Shown: positions 48,590 to 59,297, counted from the first letter of the stretch. The stretch is DNA of 64,000 nucleotides from Candidatus Marinacidobacterales bacterium (GCA_965237955.1 OZ250169.1:2112001-2176000); one strand, 5' to 3'. The notes: a model not told the origin generated them from the sequence alone. Translations and numbers: made by a program.

Positions 48590-50605
48590 CTATCTGGGCG
48601 CGCCCTCGATGCGGCCCGCACCGTCATCGACCAGATCCTGATAGGCGACGTCGCCCAGGCTTCGGTAGAGGGCTAGGGCCTCCTGTCGTTGGCCCATGGC
48701 TTCGAGTGCACGCGCGCGGTTGTAGATGAGATCGGAGGCGTCGTAGGGCGCCTCCGGATCGATCGAGCCCATCGCCGCCTCGAATGCCGCGGCCGCGCCG
48801 GCTAAATCGCCGCGCTCGAACAGGCGCAGCCCGTTTTCGAGCTCACCTTCTACGGGCCCTGGTTCGAGAAACGACGCGACGTTTCTCCTGAAGTACATGG
48901 GGCCGTTCGGAATCGCATCGACGATGGCGCTACGCACCTCGACGACTTCGCTGTCGATCACCTTGCCTGCGCAGTCTTCGAAGACGACGTCGGCGTCGCG
49001 AACGAGCCGCAACCCATCGCAATCGGGACTCGCGGAGTAGCGGAACACCGCACCGGCCTGAACAGAAGCCACGCCTGCCGGTTCGTCATCCTCCGGTGCA
49101 ATCCAGACAACGGAGAGGTCGTGCCCATCGTCCTCGAGAACGAAGTTGAAATGACGCATCCCGTCGAGCGTTTGGAACGACCGCTGTAACAACACTCGTC
49201 TGGGACCGTTTTCCGCGTTGTCCTCAGTCACCGCGACGAAGAACACGCCTTGACCAGGCGGCGCGGTTCGCCGCACGTCCGGGTCCAAATCTTGAACCTC
49301 TTCGAGAAGCCGGTCGCCGATATTAGTCCCCAGAAGCGCCAACGTTCTCGTCTTCGCAGACCGCGCGCCGCGAAGGCTTCCGAGCGCCTCCATCATCTCG
49401 AAGCCCAGATCGCGACCTTCCGAGTCTCGCGCGATCCGCTGTGTCAGTTGCCGCAGCCTTTCGTACAAGTCGTCGAGGGGTGCCGGACCCGCTTCGAGCT
49501 TCTCGAGCTTGTCGATCCACTCGTACAGCATGCGGTGCTCGTTCACCTGTCTTTCGAGCGCCACAAGCTGGACGCTGGCCTCCTCGGGCTCGTCTTCCGT
49601 CGGCAGATCAGGCGCGTGGAGAAACGAGAAGACCGCGGCGAGCTGGCGTCGGATCTCGCCCGCGCGGATTTCGGGGGACATCGGGAGTCGGATTTGGGTG
49701 ATCCCACCCCGAGCCACGATGCGGAGCTCACCTTGAGGAGCGAACGCAAGCGTCGGCGGAAGACCCTCGATACGTCCGACGCCAACGCTCATCGCGAGCA
49801 AGCGAACGATGCGGCGGGCGATTGGAAGCTCCTCTTCGGGAACGAACGCGGTGAGCGCGATGGGCGTACCGCTCCGCTGCGCCGCCATGACGGGCCTCGT
49901 GATCCCGTCGAGCTGTTCGCTGCAGTGGGCGCACACGTCGACCGGGTTGTACACGAGGAGGAGACTTCCTTGGCGGTAGAGCTCGGCGGTGTTCAGCGTG
50001 CCCGCATCGGTGACGGTCTGAAGTCGCGGAAACGCACCGGGCACCAACTCGAGATTCGGAAACTCCGCCTGGAGCTCGGGAAACCGTAGCTCGTCAAGGC
50101 TGGCTTTGAGCGCGTTTCGTGAGCGGAAGATGCCGGTCTCGAGCAACATCCCTTCGAGTCGAAGCCGGTCGGAGCCCGGGCTCAAATATGCATCGAGCAG
50201 GTAGTCGAGGCGCTCGGAAATACTCAAGTCTTCGTCGTCGGCCATGAGTAGAAAGAGCTCGAAATCAGGCGCCATCGCGCCAGAACGCGCATACGCCTTC
50301 CGCGATGCGCGCCATCGCCCCTCGGCGGCGAGGGCGTCGCCGAGCGTGCGGAAATACGGAGCTCTGCGGGCACGATACGTCTCGCGGGCCGCGAGGATCA
50401 TCTCGTCGAACAAGATCCCTTTTTCAGGGCGCTCCTCGATCTCCCGTTCGGGAACGAACTCGAGCGACGCGTCGAGCGCCTCGCGCACCGATTCTTCCGC
50501 GCCCACAGCATCGCCGGCTTCGAGCTTTTGAACCGCCTCTTGATAGGCGACGTCCGCGGAGCTCTGAACAACGACTGCCAGCAGCCCGGCCAGGGCGAGC
50601 CTCAT
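48590..50605 (-). CDS. Exported TPR-containing hypothetical protein with CxxC
   Basis: ATG 50605 in ATGA overlap; signal peptide; N- and C-terminal TPR-like helices; CAHC. Confidence 0.7.
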   Translation of the reverse strand: MRLALAGLLAVVVQSSADVAYQEAVQKLEAGDAVGAEESVREALDASLEFVPEREIEERPEKGILFDEMILAARETYRARRAPYFRTLGDALAAEGRWRASRKAYARSGAMAPDFELFLLMADDEDLSISERLDYLLDAYLSPGSDRLRLEGMLLETGIFRSRNALKASLDELRFPELQAEFPNLELVPGAFPRLQTVTDAGTLNTAELYRQGSLLLVYNPVDVCAHCSEQLDGITRPVMAAQRSGTPIALTAFVPEEELPIARRIVRLLAMSVGVGRIEGLPPTLAFAPQGELRIVARGGITQIRLPMSPEIRAGEIRRQLAAVFSFLHAPDLPTEDEPEEASVQLVALERQVNEHRMLYEWIDKLEKLEAGPAPLDDLYERLRQLTQRIARDSEGRDLGFEMMEALGSLRGARSAKTRTLALLGTNIGDRLLEEVQDLDPDVRRTAPPGQGVFFVAVTEDNAENGPRRVLLQRSFQTLDGMRHFNFVLEDDGHDLSVVWIAPEDDEPAGVASVQAGAVFRYSASPDCDGLRLVRDADVVFEDCAGKVIDSEVVEVRSAIVDAIPNGPMYFRRNVASFLEPGPVEGELENGLRLFERGDLAGAAAAFEAAMGSIDPEAPYDASDLIYNRARALEAMGQRQEALALYRSLGDVAYQDLVDDGAGRIEGAPR

Positions 50606-51780
50606 GTCGCCGCCAGCCGTCCAAGCCGCAACCCGGCTTCGTCGAGCGTCGCTTTTTTCTTGCAAAACGTGAAACGAAGTTTTTGCGCACCGTCCTCGGG
50701 TCGATGATAGAAGCTCGAGCCGGGCACGGCGGCAACGCCTATTGTCTCGATGAGGTGGCGAGCGAGCGTCACGTCGTCCGAGAAACCGAAAGACGAGATG
50801 TCCGTCATGATGTAGTACGCCCCTTTCGGAGTGTAGCAACGAAAACCGGCACGCTCGAGGCTGTCCAGCAAAATGGCACGACGCACCTCGTAGTCGCGTG
50901 CGAGCTTCTCGTAATAGGACTCAGGGAAATGCAGCGCGACCGCGGCCGCGGCTTGTAGGGGCGCAGCAGCGCCCACGGTGAGGAAGTCATGGACCTTCCG
51001 AATCGCGCTCGTCAGCTCTTCGGAGGCGATCGCCCACCCGACTCGCCAGCCGGTGACGGAATACGTCTTCGACAAACTGTTGATGGTCACCGTCCGCTCG
51101 CTCATGCCGTCCAAAGACGCGAGCGGAATGTGTTTGGCTCCATTGTAGATGATGTACTCGTAGATCTCGTCGGTAATGGCGATAACACCCCACTTCTGGC
51201 AGAGCGTGGCGATCCCCTGAAGCTCGACCCGACTATAGACCTTGCCGGTCGGATTGTTGGGCGTGTTGATGATAATGGCCCGGGTCCTGTTGTTGAACGC
51301 TTTTTCGAGCTCTCCCTCATCGATGCGCCAGTCGGGCTCGTGAAGCTGCACATAGCGCGGCACCGCGCCCGACAAAATAGTGTCCGGGCCGTAGTTCTCA
51401 TAGAACGGCTCGAACACGATGACCTCGTCCCCCGGATCCACCATTGCGAGCATCGTCGACATCATCGCTTCGGTCGAGCCGCAGGTGACGGTCAGGTTTC
51501 GTTCCGGGTCCACCGCCATGCCATAGGCAGCTTGGTAGCGCTCCGCGATCGCATCCCTGAACGGCTTGGCTCCCCAGGTGATGGCGTATTGGTTGACGTC
51601 GGCGCGCACCGCCTCGACAGCGGCTTCCTTGATTTCGGTGGGCGCGGGAAAGTCGGGAAAGCCCTGGGCGAGGTTGACAGCGTCGTGCTTTACAGCAAAC
51701 CGCGTCATCTCCCGGATGACGGACTCCGTAAACTGCAGCGCCTTGGCCGACGCCAGCGGTCGAGTATGAGATTCAGTCAT
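50602..51780 (-). CDS. PLP-dependent aminotransferase class I/II
   Basis: NLAQGFPDF, NTPNNPTG, DEIY, SLSKTYSVTGWRVG. Confidence 0.95.
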   Translation of the reverse strand: MTESHTRPLASAKALQFTESVIREMTRFAVKHDAVNLAQGFPDFPAPTEIKEAAVEAVRADVNQYAITWGAKPFRDAIAERYQAAYGMAVDPERNLTVTCGSTEAMMSTMLAMVDPGDEVIVFEPFYENYGPDTILSGAVPRYVQLHEPDWRIDEGELEKAFNNRTRAIIINTPNNPTGKVYSRVELQGIATLCQKWGVIAITDEIYEYIIYNGAKHIPLASLDGMSERTVTINSLSKTYSVTGWRVGWAIASEELTSAIRKVHDFLTVGAAAPLQAAAAVALHFPESYYEKLARDYEVRRAILLDSLERAGFRCYTPKGAYYIMTDISSFGFSDDVTLARHLIETIGVAAVPGSSFYHRPEDGAQKLRFTFCKKKATLDEAGLRLGRLAAT

Positions 51781-51815
51781 GCCGCATGTTCTCAAGAGAA
51801 GGATGCGGCTATCGG

Positions 51816-54108
51816 CTAGGGTGCTGCGGCCGCTTCCAGCTCCATCGGTCCGTATAGGCGACGATACAGCATCTCATTTCGGAGGAACCAGCTTGACGTA
51901 GGCCCGGGTCTCATCGAAGGGGATATCCTCGATAAAGACCTCGGGGTCGATCGACATGTCCATGCCCGTCCACCGTTTCACTCGGTGAGGACCGGCGTTG
52001 TAGCCCGCCAGAGCATAGTCGACACGACCGTTGAAGCGCCCGAGGATGTCTTTCAGATAGAGCGTCCCGTAGCGAATGTTGATCTCCGGGTTGTAGAGGT
52101 CACGGGTTTTGTACTTGCGGCGCTCCCGACGCGCCAACTGCCGGCCGGTCGCGGGAATGATCTGCATGAGGCCGCGCGCTCCCGCCCTCGAGCGCACCCG
52201 AGGATTGAACGTGGATTCTTGTCGGATCAACGCCGCGACGAGATAGGGGTCGAGCCCGCGCGCGCGCGCGTAACGTTCGACGTGGTCGCGGTAGAGAAGT
52301 GGATAGAAGAGCTCCCAGATCGGGCGCGGCAACAAATCGCCCGTCGCCGACACATGGAACGGAAACGCGTTGCGGATGGTGATGATGGCCTGGAGATTGT
52401 CGCCTTCGCGCGAATGGATCCAGGCGGCCATCGCCAGGAACGCGGAATCATCGCGCTCACCGACGACCGCGGCGCGCGCCTCTCCCAGAGCTCGTTTCGA
52501 GAGACCTATTGCGTAGAGCTCGGCGACCCGTGTTTGTCGATCGACACGGTCGACGCGCAGCGCATCCGTTAGATCGATGCCTTGGCGAGCAGCTTCGATA
52601 CTCGCCATCGATGCCCTCTCGCCTTGCAACTGAGAGAGGTGCTCGAACGCACGACGACCGTAGTAGGAGTTCTGATAACCGAGAAGCACTTGATGGTATA
52701 GCGCGTCCGCTCGATCGAAACGCCCCGCCTCTTGATAAGAGCGGCCCGCCCAATAGAGGATGCGCGCCAGCTCGTCGGCCCCAGGTCGCTCGCGTGCCGC
52801 TTCTTCCAAACCGAAGCCGGCCTCTTCGAACTGACCGGAGCGGAACAATGCGAAATGGACGTGCCACTTCGCGTCGAGCACCTGCTCTCCCTGCGGGAAC
52901 TGTTGGATGAGGCAGCGGTAGTGCCCGAGCGCCTCGTCGTACTCGTCGTCGTCAGCCAGGTGGTTCGCGAGACTCCAGATCGCCTTTTCTGTCCATGGGC
53001 TTTTCGGATAGCGCGTCTCGAGCTCGGTGACGCGCGCTCGGAACGTGCTACGCCGCCGCTTGCGGCGAGCAACTTCGGCTCGATAGAAAATCGCTTCGGG
53101 CACGAGCGCATCACGCTTGACGCGCTTGAAGTTCGCGACCGAGGCGGTGAGCTGATGACGCCGGTATTGGCACGTCGCCATGCGAAGCCGCACCAGATCG
53201 ACGTCCGCTTGTTTCGAGAAACGATTCAGAAGCGAAGCGAACCCGTTGTAAGCGTCGCGGTATCGGCCTTGTTCCATCAGCAGCTCGGCGCGGCCGAACG
53301 TCAACCGGTAGAGGTGGGCTTTTTCGACCGCGGGAAGCTTGTTGCGCAATCGCGTGAGCCGTCGCCCGGCTGCCTTCGCTCGCTTGTGCCGCGGAAGCTC
53401 GTAGTAGAGCGTCTCGAGTGCATCGACGGCTTCGGCATTCTTTCCCAGCTCGGCAAAAAGTTTCGCGACCTCGTCGAACGCCTCGCCGCGCACTTCCTCG
53501 TTACGGCTTTCGGTTGCGGGCAAGAGCTTCGAAACCGCCTTTTCTCGTTCCCCGCGCGATCGCAAGAGCCGCGCGTAGCGAAGCCGTGCTTCGCCCATCC
53601 GCGCGAACTCGGGATGAGACGTCTCGAGCTGACCGAGTGCCTCGAGCGCCGCCGCCGGCCGGGTCGATTCGAGCTCCTGGGCGATATAGTGAAGAGCGTA
53701 TCCGTCGAGCTCGGTCGCCCTAATCTCGGTCGCTCCCAACCACTCGACGACACGCTGAGGCCGATTCTTCCCGAGCTGGCCCACCCCGGCGGCAAAGGCC
53801 GCAAGCCCTCGGGTTCGCGCGGACAAGCTTTGGTCGTCGTAGAGGCTAGCGAGCGCTTCTAGTTTCTGCTTGCGGGAAGTCTCTTTTAATAATGTTGAGA
53901 CCTCCCGGAGCTCTCGAGCCGGCCGCTCCAAGGGCTCCCAGGGAACGGTCGCGGCCGATGGTGGCGGAGCCGTCCGCTCTAGGCTGTGAGCGCGAGGCTC
54001 GGCCGCAATCAGGCCGAACAGCGTCCCGGCAAAGACCAGCGCGAAGGCTAGAGCCAGAACCTGCCTCGACCCTTGAACCATGGTGTGCCCCCGCGCCCTT
54101 TCTTCCAT
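51816..54108 (-). CDS. TPR-containing soluble lytic transglycosylase (frameshift near 3' end)
   Basis: IRQES, GARGLMQI, GYNAG, ETRAYV; removing one base near 51886 restores LVLRNEMLYRRLY..* ending at 51816. Confidence 0.88.
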
Positions 54109-54184
54109 TAGACGGCCGTCGGCCGCCTTATTTCGTGATTACATTGATTGTACCAGGAGAATGGGGCCGAAACGAGGAAGGCTA

Positions 54185-55402
54185 TCAGCTCGCGGGCAAC
54201 GACTGCCCCATCGCGCTCGCGTCTCCGTCCGCAAGGATGCGGATGAGCTCATCGTTGAAGTAGTTCGTTCGAGAGCGGATGGGCTCGGGAACGCGCTCTT
54301 TGTAGAGTTGCCGGCTGCGCTCGATGTCGTCTCTCATCAGATTGTAGATGCCGTTATTGGAGCGACCCTGCTGCACCTTCGCCTCGTTGTACAGCTTGAT
54401 CTCCGATACGAGCAGTCGCGCGAAGCGCATCGCTTCCTCGTGTTTTTTTCGCGTGTCCGAGTCCATCGAGTCCAAGTCGGCCCCAGCGGCGGCCGGCGCC
54501 GCGGGAGCAGGTCCGGCCGAAGCACCGGGTGCACCGAAGCTCGAAACGTTCATTTCGGCACTCGTGAACATGACGGTGCCCGACTCTTCTGCTTCTTGTT
54601 CTTGGACCGGCATCGCGGGTGCCGGCGTCGGAGGAGGCGCGGCTCGGAGCGGCAAGTGCTCACCGGTTTTCACCGGCGATTTCTGAGCGCTCAGCGCATC
54701 GAGAAGCTTCGAAGCGTAAGCGGTTAGAATCTCCAGCGCTTCCGAGTCGTGGAGCTGGGCCGAGCCATCCCCGCTATCCGCGTAGACCACAGCCGCGATG
54801 CGATCCCGCAGGACCAGGGGCGTGGCAAAAATGTTGGAGGGGAGCACATTGCCGATCCGCGATAACAACTGAATGTTGTCCGGATGCTTGTTGCTCTCTC
54901 CGACGAAGCTCATGCGTGAGTTGATGACGTCGCTGAAGACGGTGTTAGCGCTCGTCGGCACCGAGATGCGCTTGATGCCGTCGTTATTGAACCCGGGGCT
55001 CTGGTCGAAACCCTTGCCGTTCCATCCGATGCAAGAGCCACCCTTTAGAATGAAGATCGCGACCCGCGGCGCAAACTGCGAGATCTCGTCGAGCAGAAGA
55101 GTCAACACGTCCGTCAGGGACGTCCCCTCGTTCAGCTTCGTCATCGATCGCCGGACGTTTTTGAGGGTGTCACCGCCACCGCCTTCACCGCCCACCAAGC
55201 TCACCGCCTCGTTGGCGAAAGCAAGAATGCGTTCCTCATCGATGTTCTCCTCGTACTTCGACATGCGCTCCTGCAAGGCGTCGAGTTTCTGGAGGAGCTC
55301 GTCTTGTAGCCCGGTGACTTCTTTTCTGAGGTCGTTGGCCCAATTCGAGACGAGGGCGTGGAAGAGAGCAAGCGACTTGGCGCGCAATTGGTCTTGATTC
55401 AT
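54185..55402 (-). CDS. Coiled-coil plus GAF-like domain hypothetical protein
   Basis: PLVLRDRIAAVVYADSG (GAF-like); C-terminal HEEAMRFARLLVSEIKLYNE helical domain. Confidence 0.75.
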   Translation of the reverse strand: MNQDQLRAKSLALFHALVSNWANDLRKEVTGLQDELLQKLDALQERMSKYEENIDEERILAFANEAVSLVGGEGGGGDTLKNVRRSMTKLNEGTSLTDVLTLLLDEISQFAPRVAIFILKGGSCIGWNGKGFDQSPGFNNDGIKRISVPTSANTVFSDVINSRMSFVGESNKHPDNIQLLSRIGNVLPSNIFATPLVLRDRIAAVVYADSGDGSAQLHDSEALEILTAYASKLLDALSAQKSPVKTGEHLPLRAAPPPTPAPAMPVQEQEAEESGTVMFTSAEMNVSSFGAPGASAGPAPAAPAAAGADLDSMDSDTRKKHEEAMRFARLLVSEIKLYNEAKVQQGRSNNGIYNLMRDDIERSRQLYKERVPEPIRSRTNYFNDELIRILADGDASAMGQSLPAS

Positions 55403-55578
55403 CGCGGAGCTCGTCCCCCTAGGTCCAACTCACGGAGACAGCCCCGGTTTCGAGGAGCTCAGATACACTTATCCCTCAATAGGTGAGTCATTATCTCGCC
55501 TGTCTCCACATAAGTCAACATAAACAAAGACGTTGCCCGGTGTCCATCGGATTGCCGACGTTATCTTGTCACCCGATC

Positions 55579-55608
55579 TTGCGCTATTCTACCAAGAGGG
55601 CGTAAAAT
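55579..55608 (+). promoter_or_regulatory. Candidate ssrA promoter
   Basis: TTGCGC-N18-TAAAAT about 25 nt upstream of the mature 5' end. Confidence 0.5.
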
Positions 55609-55632
55609 ACAACACGAAGAATAACCTCGAAA

Positions 55633-55982
55633 GGGGGCGAACAGGGTTCGACGGGGATAATTGATTCCGAAGTGGCATGCCGAGCTCCCATCCCTCGTTA
55701 AACGGTGGGAAAACACACAATTGCCGACAACCAGTTGGCTTTAGCCGCTTAAAACCCGGCTACGTTCTCCCGGGTCCCGCCTGCCGGGCTCGGAAAGAGC
55801 GTCATTTAGGTAGGCTAGTTGGACATACGCTCCGGATGTTCGGCGAAACTTAGGAGATAGCTCTCATCGGGTTTTTGCCGGTTCCTGACCGATGGGAGTG
55901 AGATAAACGGGATCCGGACACGCATGTAGAGGCTTCGGATGAAGATCTTCGGACGCGGGTTCGATTCCCGCCGCCTCCACCA
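55633..55982 (+). ncRNA. ssrA: tmRNA, tag peptide (A)ADNQLALAA
   Basis: Acceptor stem GGGGGCG/CGCCTCC with G3-U, ends ACCA; T arm gcgggTTCGATTcccgc; tag ORF 55723-55752. Confidence 0.97.
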
Positions 55983-56551
55983 ACGCAAAGAATTCGAACC
56001 GTCATCCGGCCCATCGCGAACGATGGAGTTGTCGAGAAGCGCGGTCGTGTCGATAGAGCTCTTTGCTATGTAATAAGGTTTGCCGATATCCGGCTGCGTC
56101 GGCTCCAACCGAATCGGTCCGAGAAGACGGCGCAAAATCAAGGCTGACTTGCCGGTCCTTCGCTGGAGAAGCTCCCGGAGCTGACTCAACCGTTCGTCGA
56201 TCCACTCCACAGGGGGCGCCTGAAACACTTTCTCGCGTCCCTTGCCAAGGCCTTCGAGCTCCTCACGAAGCGCCTCGACACGTCGCTCGGTCTCGACCAA
56301 TGCCTGGCCCAACGCTTTACTTCCCCGACCATCACCGATGAAATCAATGAAATTCGCGAGACGGCGTTCCTCCGAGACAAGCTCTGTCTCCTTCACACGG
56401 ATCGTCTCGGGGATGTGAGCGTACAGCTTCTTCACTTCCTCCTCGACGCGCTCGAGCACATGTCGGATGTTCTCGGGCGACGCCAGACGCTCACGCAACA
56501 CGGCGAGGATGATCTTTTCGACCAGCGTGCGCCGAACGAGCATCTTGTTGT
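55815..56551 (-). pseudogene. C-terminal remnant of a large serine recombinase
   Basis: Post-zinc-ribbon N..LVRR..VE..IL segment and coiled coil; frame runs antisense into tmRNA (WWRRRESNPRP); 5' part replaced by IS. Confidence 0.7.
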
Positions 56552-57638
56552 TGCCTTGGTGCACAACTCCGATAGAGGCCGAGAACTCGCTTGGCCCCGA
56601 CTCCCATCATCCGATCATCTCGCTATCAGGCATCCCGAGCGCCGTCATGGTGTTGAGAATCTTGCACCCGATCCTTGCCTCGACTCTCTGTGCCGCCAAC
56701 CCTCTCGCTCGCATCGCTGAGCCCACGATAGCCTTGTAGCGATGGAACGTTGTCTCGACTTTGCTCCGTTTGCTGTAGCCCGATTCTGTGTGCCACTTTC
56801 GTTTGCCGAGCCGAGCTTGTGCTGCAATGTTGCGATTACGCTGTCGGCTGCTCGCCGGCCCCGATGCGAGCTGGGCGCCCTTGCGCGGCGGTATCAGCAC
56901 CCTCGGCGAGCAATGAGCGCTGTGATTCTCGATTGCCTCATAGACGCCGCCGGCGTCGTATGCGGTGTCAGCTCTGGCCGATGAGATGGGACTGTCGATC
57001 TGTCCGACAAGCGATGCAACCCGCGATGAATCGCGGGCTCTTTTGCTCGTCAGCTCGCCGGCGACGACTTCGCCACTCTGCTCGTCGACACACAGATGGA
57101 GCTTGCGATAGTCCCTGCTATTTGGTGCTCTGCGCAGCTGGCCGGCGTGGACAGCGAGACCGCTGCTGTCGATCAAGATGTGCAACGGCGTCTTCTGCTT
57201 GTCTTGGTAGAAGGGGACCTTACCCAGCTTCGCCTTGCGCCTCGAGATCGTGGTGTGATCGGGCACATCATTGTCTAGCTTCATCAGAGCGAACAACGAT
57301 CGCAGCAATCCCTCGCTCTGCCTAGACGACAGATGAAACACCATGCCCAGGGTGACAGCCGTCTCGATGGCGTGGTTCGAGTACTTGCGTTGACGGCCCG
57401 GTTTCCTCCTCCTTGGCCGGGGCGCGTCCCAGTTCACAAGCTTGCCGGCGGTGAGCGAGATCCAGACGGTCAGGCTCCCGCGGTTGCGCAGACCCGCCTC
57501 ATATTCACGCCAATTCCTCACGCGATAGGCCTTCTTCACATACTTCCGCTGAGTGCGTTTGAAAATGCTCATGGGGAACCTCGAATCCGCGAGTACAGGA
57601 CAAGTGTGGACCGAGATCGCGAGTTGTGCACCAAGGCA
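56552..57638 (-). mobile_element. IS5 family (IS903-like) insertion sequence
   Basis: Perfect 18-bp TIR tgccttggtgcacaactc at 56552-56569 and 57621-57638; no perfect target duplication. Confidence 0.92.
56607..57572 (-). CDS. IS5 family transposase
   Basis: YRVRNWREY..LRNRGSLTVW, PDHTTISRR, IDSSG, ADTAYD, GYSKRSKVET..RYK. Confidence 0.95.
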   Translation of the reverse strand: MSIFKRTQRKYVKKAYRVRNWREYEAGLRNRGSLTVWISLTAGKLVNWDAPRPRRRKPGRQRKYSNHAIETAVTLGMVFHLSSRQSEGLLRSLFALMKLDNDVPDHTTISRRKAKLGKVPFYQDKQKTPLHILIDSSGLAVHAGQLRRAPNSRDYRKLHLCVDEQSGEVVAGELTSKRARDSSRVASLVGQIDSPISSARADTAYDAGGVYEAIENHSAHCSPRVLIPPRKGAQLASGPASSRQRNRNIAAQARLGKRKWHTESGYSKRSKVETTFHRYKAIVGSAMRARGLAAQRVEARIGCKILNTMTALGMPDSEMIG

Positions 57639-57728
57639 TCGTGCTGGTGCTACGCGGCTGGCCACGCCTCTCATCTGAACTGTTCGGCGGGCGAGAGTGA
57701 GCTGAGCCCACGAGAAAGGAAGAAGAGC

Positions 57729-58117
57729 ATGCACCCAAACGAGCAACTGGTTCGCAAGCAGATCGAGCACTTTCATCGCAGGGAACATCCCCGGGTGGCT
57801 TGAGACTGTTTCCGAGGACCTCGGTGGTCCATGTCCCGCCGGGACATCCGCTCTCGGGCGACTACAGCGGATCCCAACAGTTCGTCGAGAAGTTCATTGG
57901 CAAAGTTATGGAACTCACGGGGGGTGTCCAGGTTGAGATCCACGATATCCTGGCCTCCGACGACCATGGTGTCGGCCTTTACAAACTCCGCACCGAGCGG
58001 GACGGCACCGCCTACGAATGGCCCCACGTGAACATCTACCACTTCAATGGCGGGAAGATCAGCGAGATATGGTGGACGCCGTTTGATCAGGAGAAAGTGG
58101 CGGCGCTTCTCGCGTGA
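57729..58117 (+). pseudogene. SnoaL/NTF2-like protein with two +1 frameshifts
   Basis: MHPNEQLVRKQIEHF / IAGNIPGWLETVSEDL / VVHVPPGHPLSGDY..HDILASDDHGV..GKISEIW lie in three frames. Confidence 0.8.
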
Positions 58118-58806
58118 CATCGAGTGTCTGCTCGAAGAGATGCCAGCTACCGAAGCGCGCAACCGGGAACTGCCCTCGATTGCCGACCTAACTGAAGAGG
58201 AGCAGGTGGCACGACGCCAGAGGAGCTTGAGCGGTAGGTAGTATCAGTCGCGTTGTGCGGCTCTCTCGCGTGCCGGCGCTCATCGCCACGTTCGGCGCGC
58301 GAGAGTGAACGACGGCTCTGTCTTTGAATTTGCATCTGCGAGATCAAAGGGCAGATCCCGGAACCGTTTCTCTCGGCGACGCCTCGCCGGTCTTCCGACC
58401 TCGCGCTGCAAATTGCGGAGCGCGGTCATGGCGAGTTTGTCGCGAGCGCGGGAGCGATAGACGAGAGTTGTTGGATGCGAGCCTCAGCTACCTTGCTACC
58501 GAGAGGAAGCGAGCCAGAGGAACGTACGGAGACCGACGGTCACGTGGTGTTTTGACGGAAGACAGACGACAAAGGGAGTGGGAACGATTGTGAGCCTGTA
58601 AATGCGACATGCCGAAGGGCAACAATGTCGGCTTACAAAGAGGCCGCTGAACCGAACGTTGAACCAAAACCGCTTCGCGATAGTCCCTAATCCCACCCAC
58701 TGAACGATTCTGCATGCTTCGAGCAGTGCTCGGAGATGCAGAAGGCTCCCTCCGTGAGATACGGTATCAGCGACCAAACCTCAACCACTCACGAACGGAG
58801 CCAGCT

Positions 58807-59297
58807 ATGGCTAGTCCCCTGTATCAGAACAAACTAGATAAAGCAGAGCTTGCCGAAACCCTTCTAAGTGCATGAATCTTATGAATCTTATGGGCTGGCG
58901 AAAAGCCTAACTTTGTATAGTAATCAAAGATCCAGGGGACTAGCTTACTACGAACCCGGATGATCGAGGATCTCCGGATTCGGAACTATGCCAGAATACG
59001 ATCAAGATCTACGTCCGCTGCGTTGCGGCGTTCGCGAAGTACTTCGGTCAGTCTCCGGAGGAGCTGAACGAGGGACATATCCGCGAGTACCAGCTGTATT
59101 TGGCGGAAGAGAAAAAGTCGTCTTGGACCTTCTACAACCAAAGCGTCAGTGCGTTACGTTTTTTATACAGAAAGACATTGAAAAAGGACTGGTCGATGGA
59201 GCACATTCCGTTTCCAAAGATAGGAAAATTCATAGGTGTTCATCACCGACCCGCGCGAATTTTCCCCACCAGGATAGGGCTGTGCGGCCCGATTTGA
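58807..59297 (+). pseudogene. Tyrosine integrase N-terminal (SAM-like) remnant, IS91-associated/Y4qK type
   Basis: With the MITE removed reads MASLLRTRMIEDLRIRNYA / NTIKIYVRCVAAFAKYFGQSPEEL..IREYQLYL..YNQSVSALRFLY..HIPFPK; frameshift near 58992; catalytic domain absent. Confidence 0.85.
58815..58939. mobile_element. MITE copy 2 (125 bp, inverted), flanked by CTAG
   Basis: Reverse complement of 28374-28489 with one substitution and a 9-bp internal duplication (atgaatctt); CTAG at 58811-58814 and 58940-58943. Confidence 0.92.

Noticed and set aside
55950-55982. tRNA gene
   Set aside because: The T arm and CCA belong to the tmRNA; the matching 5' stem is 350 nt upstream with a tag ORF between.
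56552-57638. IS5 element as the helper transposase for the MITE
   Set aside because: Its terminal repeats (tgccttggtgcacaactc) share no similarity with the MITE ends (tcccctg).
56543-57647. 9-bp target duplication for the IS5 element
   Set aside because: Flanks match at only 6 of 9 positions and belong to unrelated sequences.
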